From an uncultured archaeon (GTDB taxonomy: Archaea > Asgardarchaeota > Jordiarchaeia > Jordiarchaeales > Jordiarchaeaceae): 5,268 nt of DNA. Under the pieces are notes generated by a model. The model worked only from the letters and a program-made list of their open reading frames with translations, ran no database searches and was not told the DNA's origin. Shown piece by piece: positions 5,220 through 5,268 of this stretch. The DNA lies in the NCBI GenBank assembly GCA_964510585.1, contig CAZECW010000014.1, forward strand, positions 1-5,268, read 5' to 3'. Each line of letters starts with the position of its first letter. Position 1 is the stretch's first letter. Made by a program: the position numbers and the translations under genes.

Positions 5220-5268
5220 TTTAAGTGTGGAAGACGCCGAGAAGAATGGGAGGGGACTGTTTTTTATG
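5220..5268 (+). promoter_or_regulatory. possible start of a plus-strand gene at the window edge
   Basis: TTTAAG at 5220-5225, GGAGGGG at 5249-5255 and ATG at 5266-5268. An alternative ATG at 5246 is also open to the edge. It cannot be verified without downstream sequence. Confidence 0.25.

Noticed and set aside
1-5268. CRISPR array, tRNA or IS transposase
   Set aside because: No regularly spaced repeats, no tRNA cloverleaf and no transposase motif seen. The Cas2-like fold suggestion does not imply a CRISPR locus.

Overview
Archaeal-looking window (BRE/TATA promoters, leaderless-style starts, archaeal-type toxin-antitoxin proteins). The left 3.3 kb holds three two-gene toxin-antitoxin-like modules in alternating orientation: (1) a wHTH-fused minimal nucleotidyltransferase (MNT) plus HEPN on the minus strand; (2) HEPN followed by an MNT with an extra ~80-aa C-terminal domain resembling a Cas2/PaaX-type ferredoxin fold, on the plus strand; (3) an RHH antitoxin plus PIN toxin (vapBC) on the minus strand. 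Each module has a candidate promoter with its own operator-like palindrome or repeat. The 5' end of a family-2 glycosyltransferase gene, absent from the ORF track, runs off the left edge. A 12-bp direct repeat brackets module 1 as if it had inserted between that gene and its original promoter. The right side holds an unassigned 350-aa multi-pass membrane protein in a strongly G+T-skewed stretch. No tRNA, rRNA, CRISPR array or transposase was seen. All family assignments come from motif recognition by eye, not database searches.
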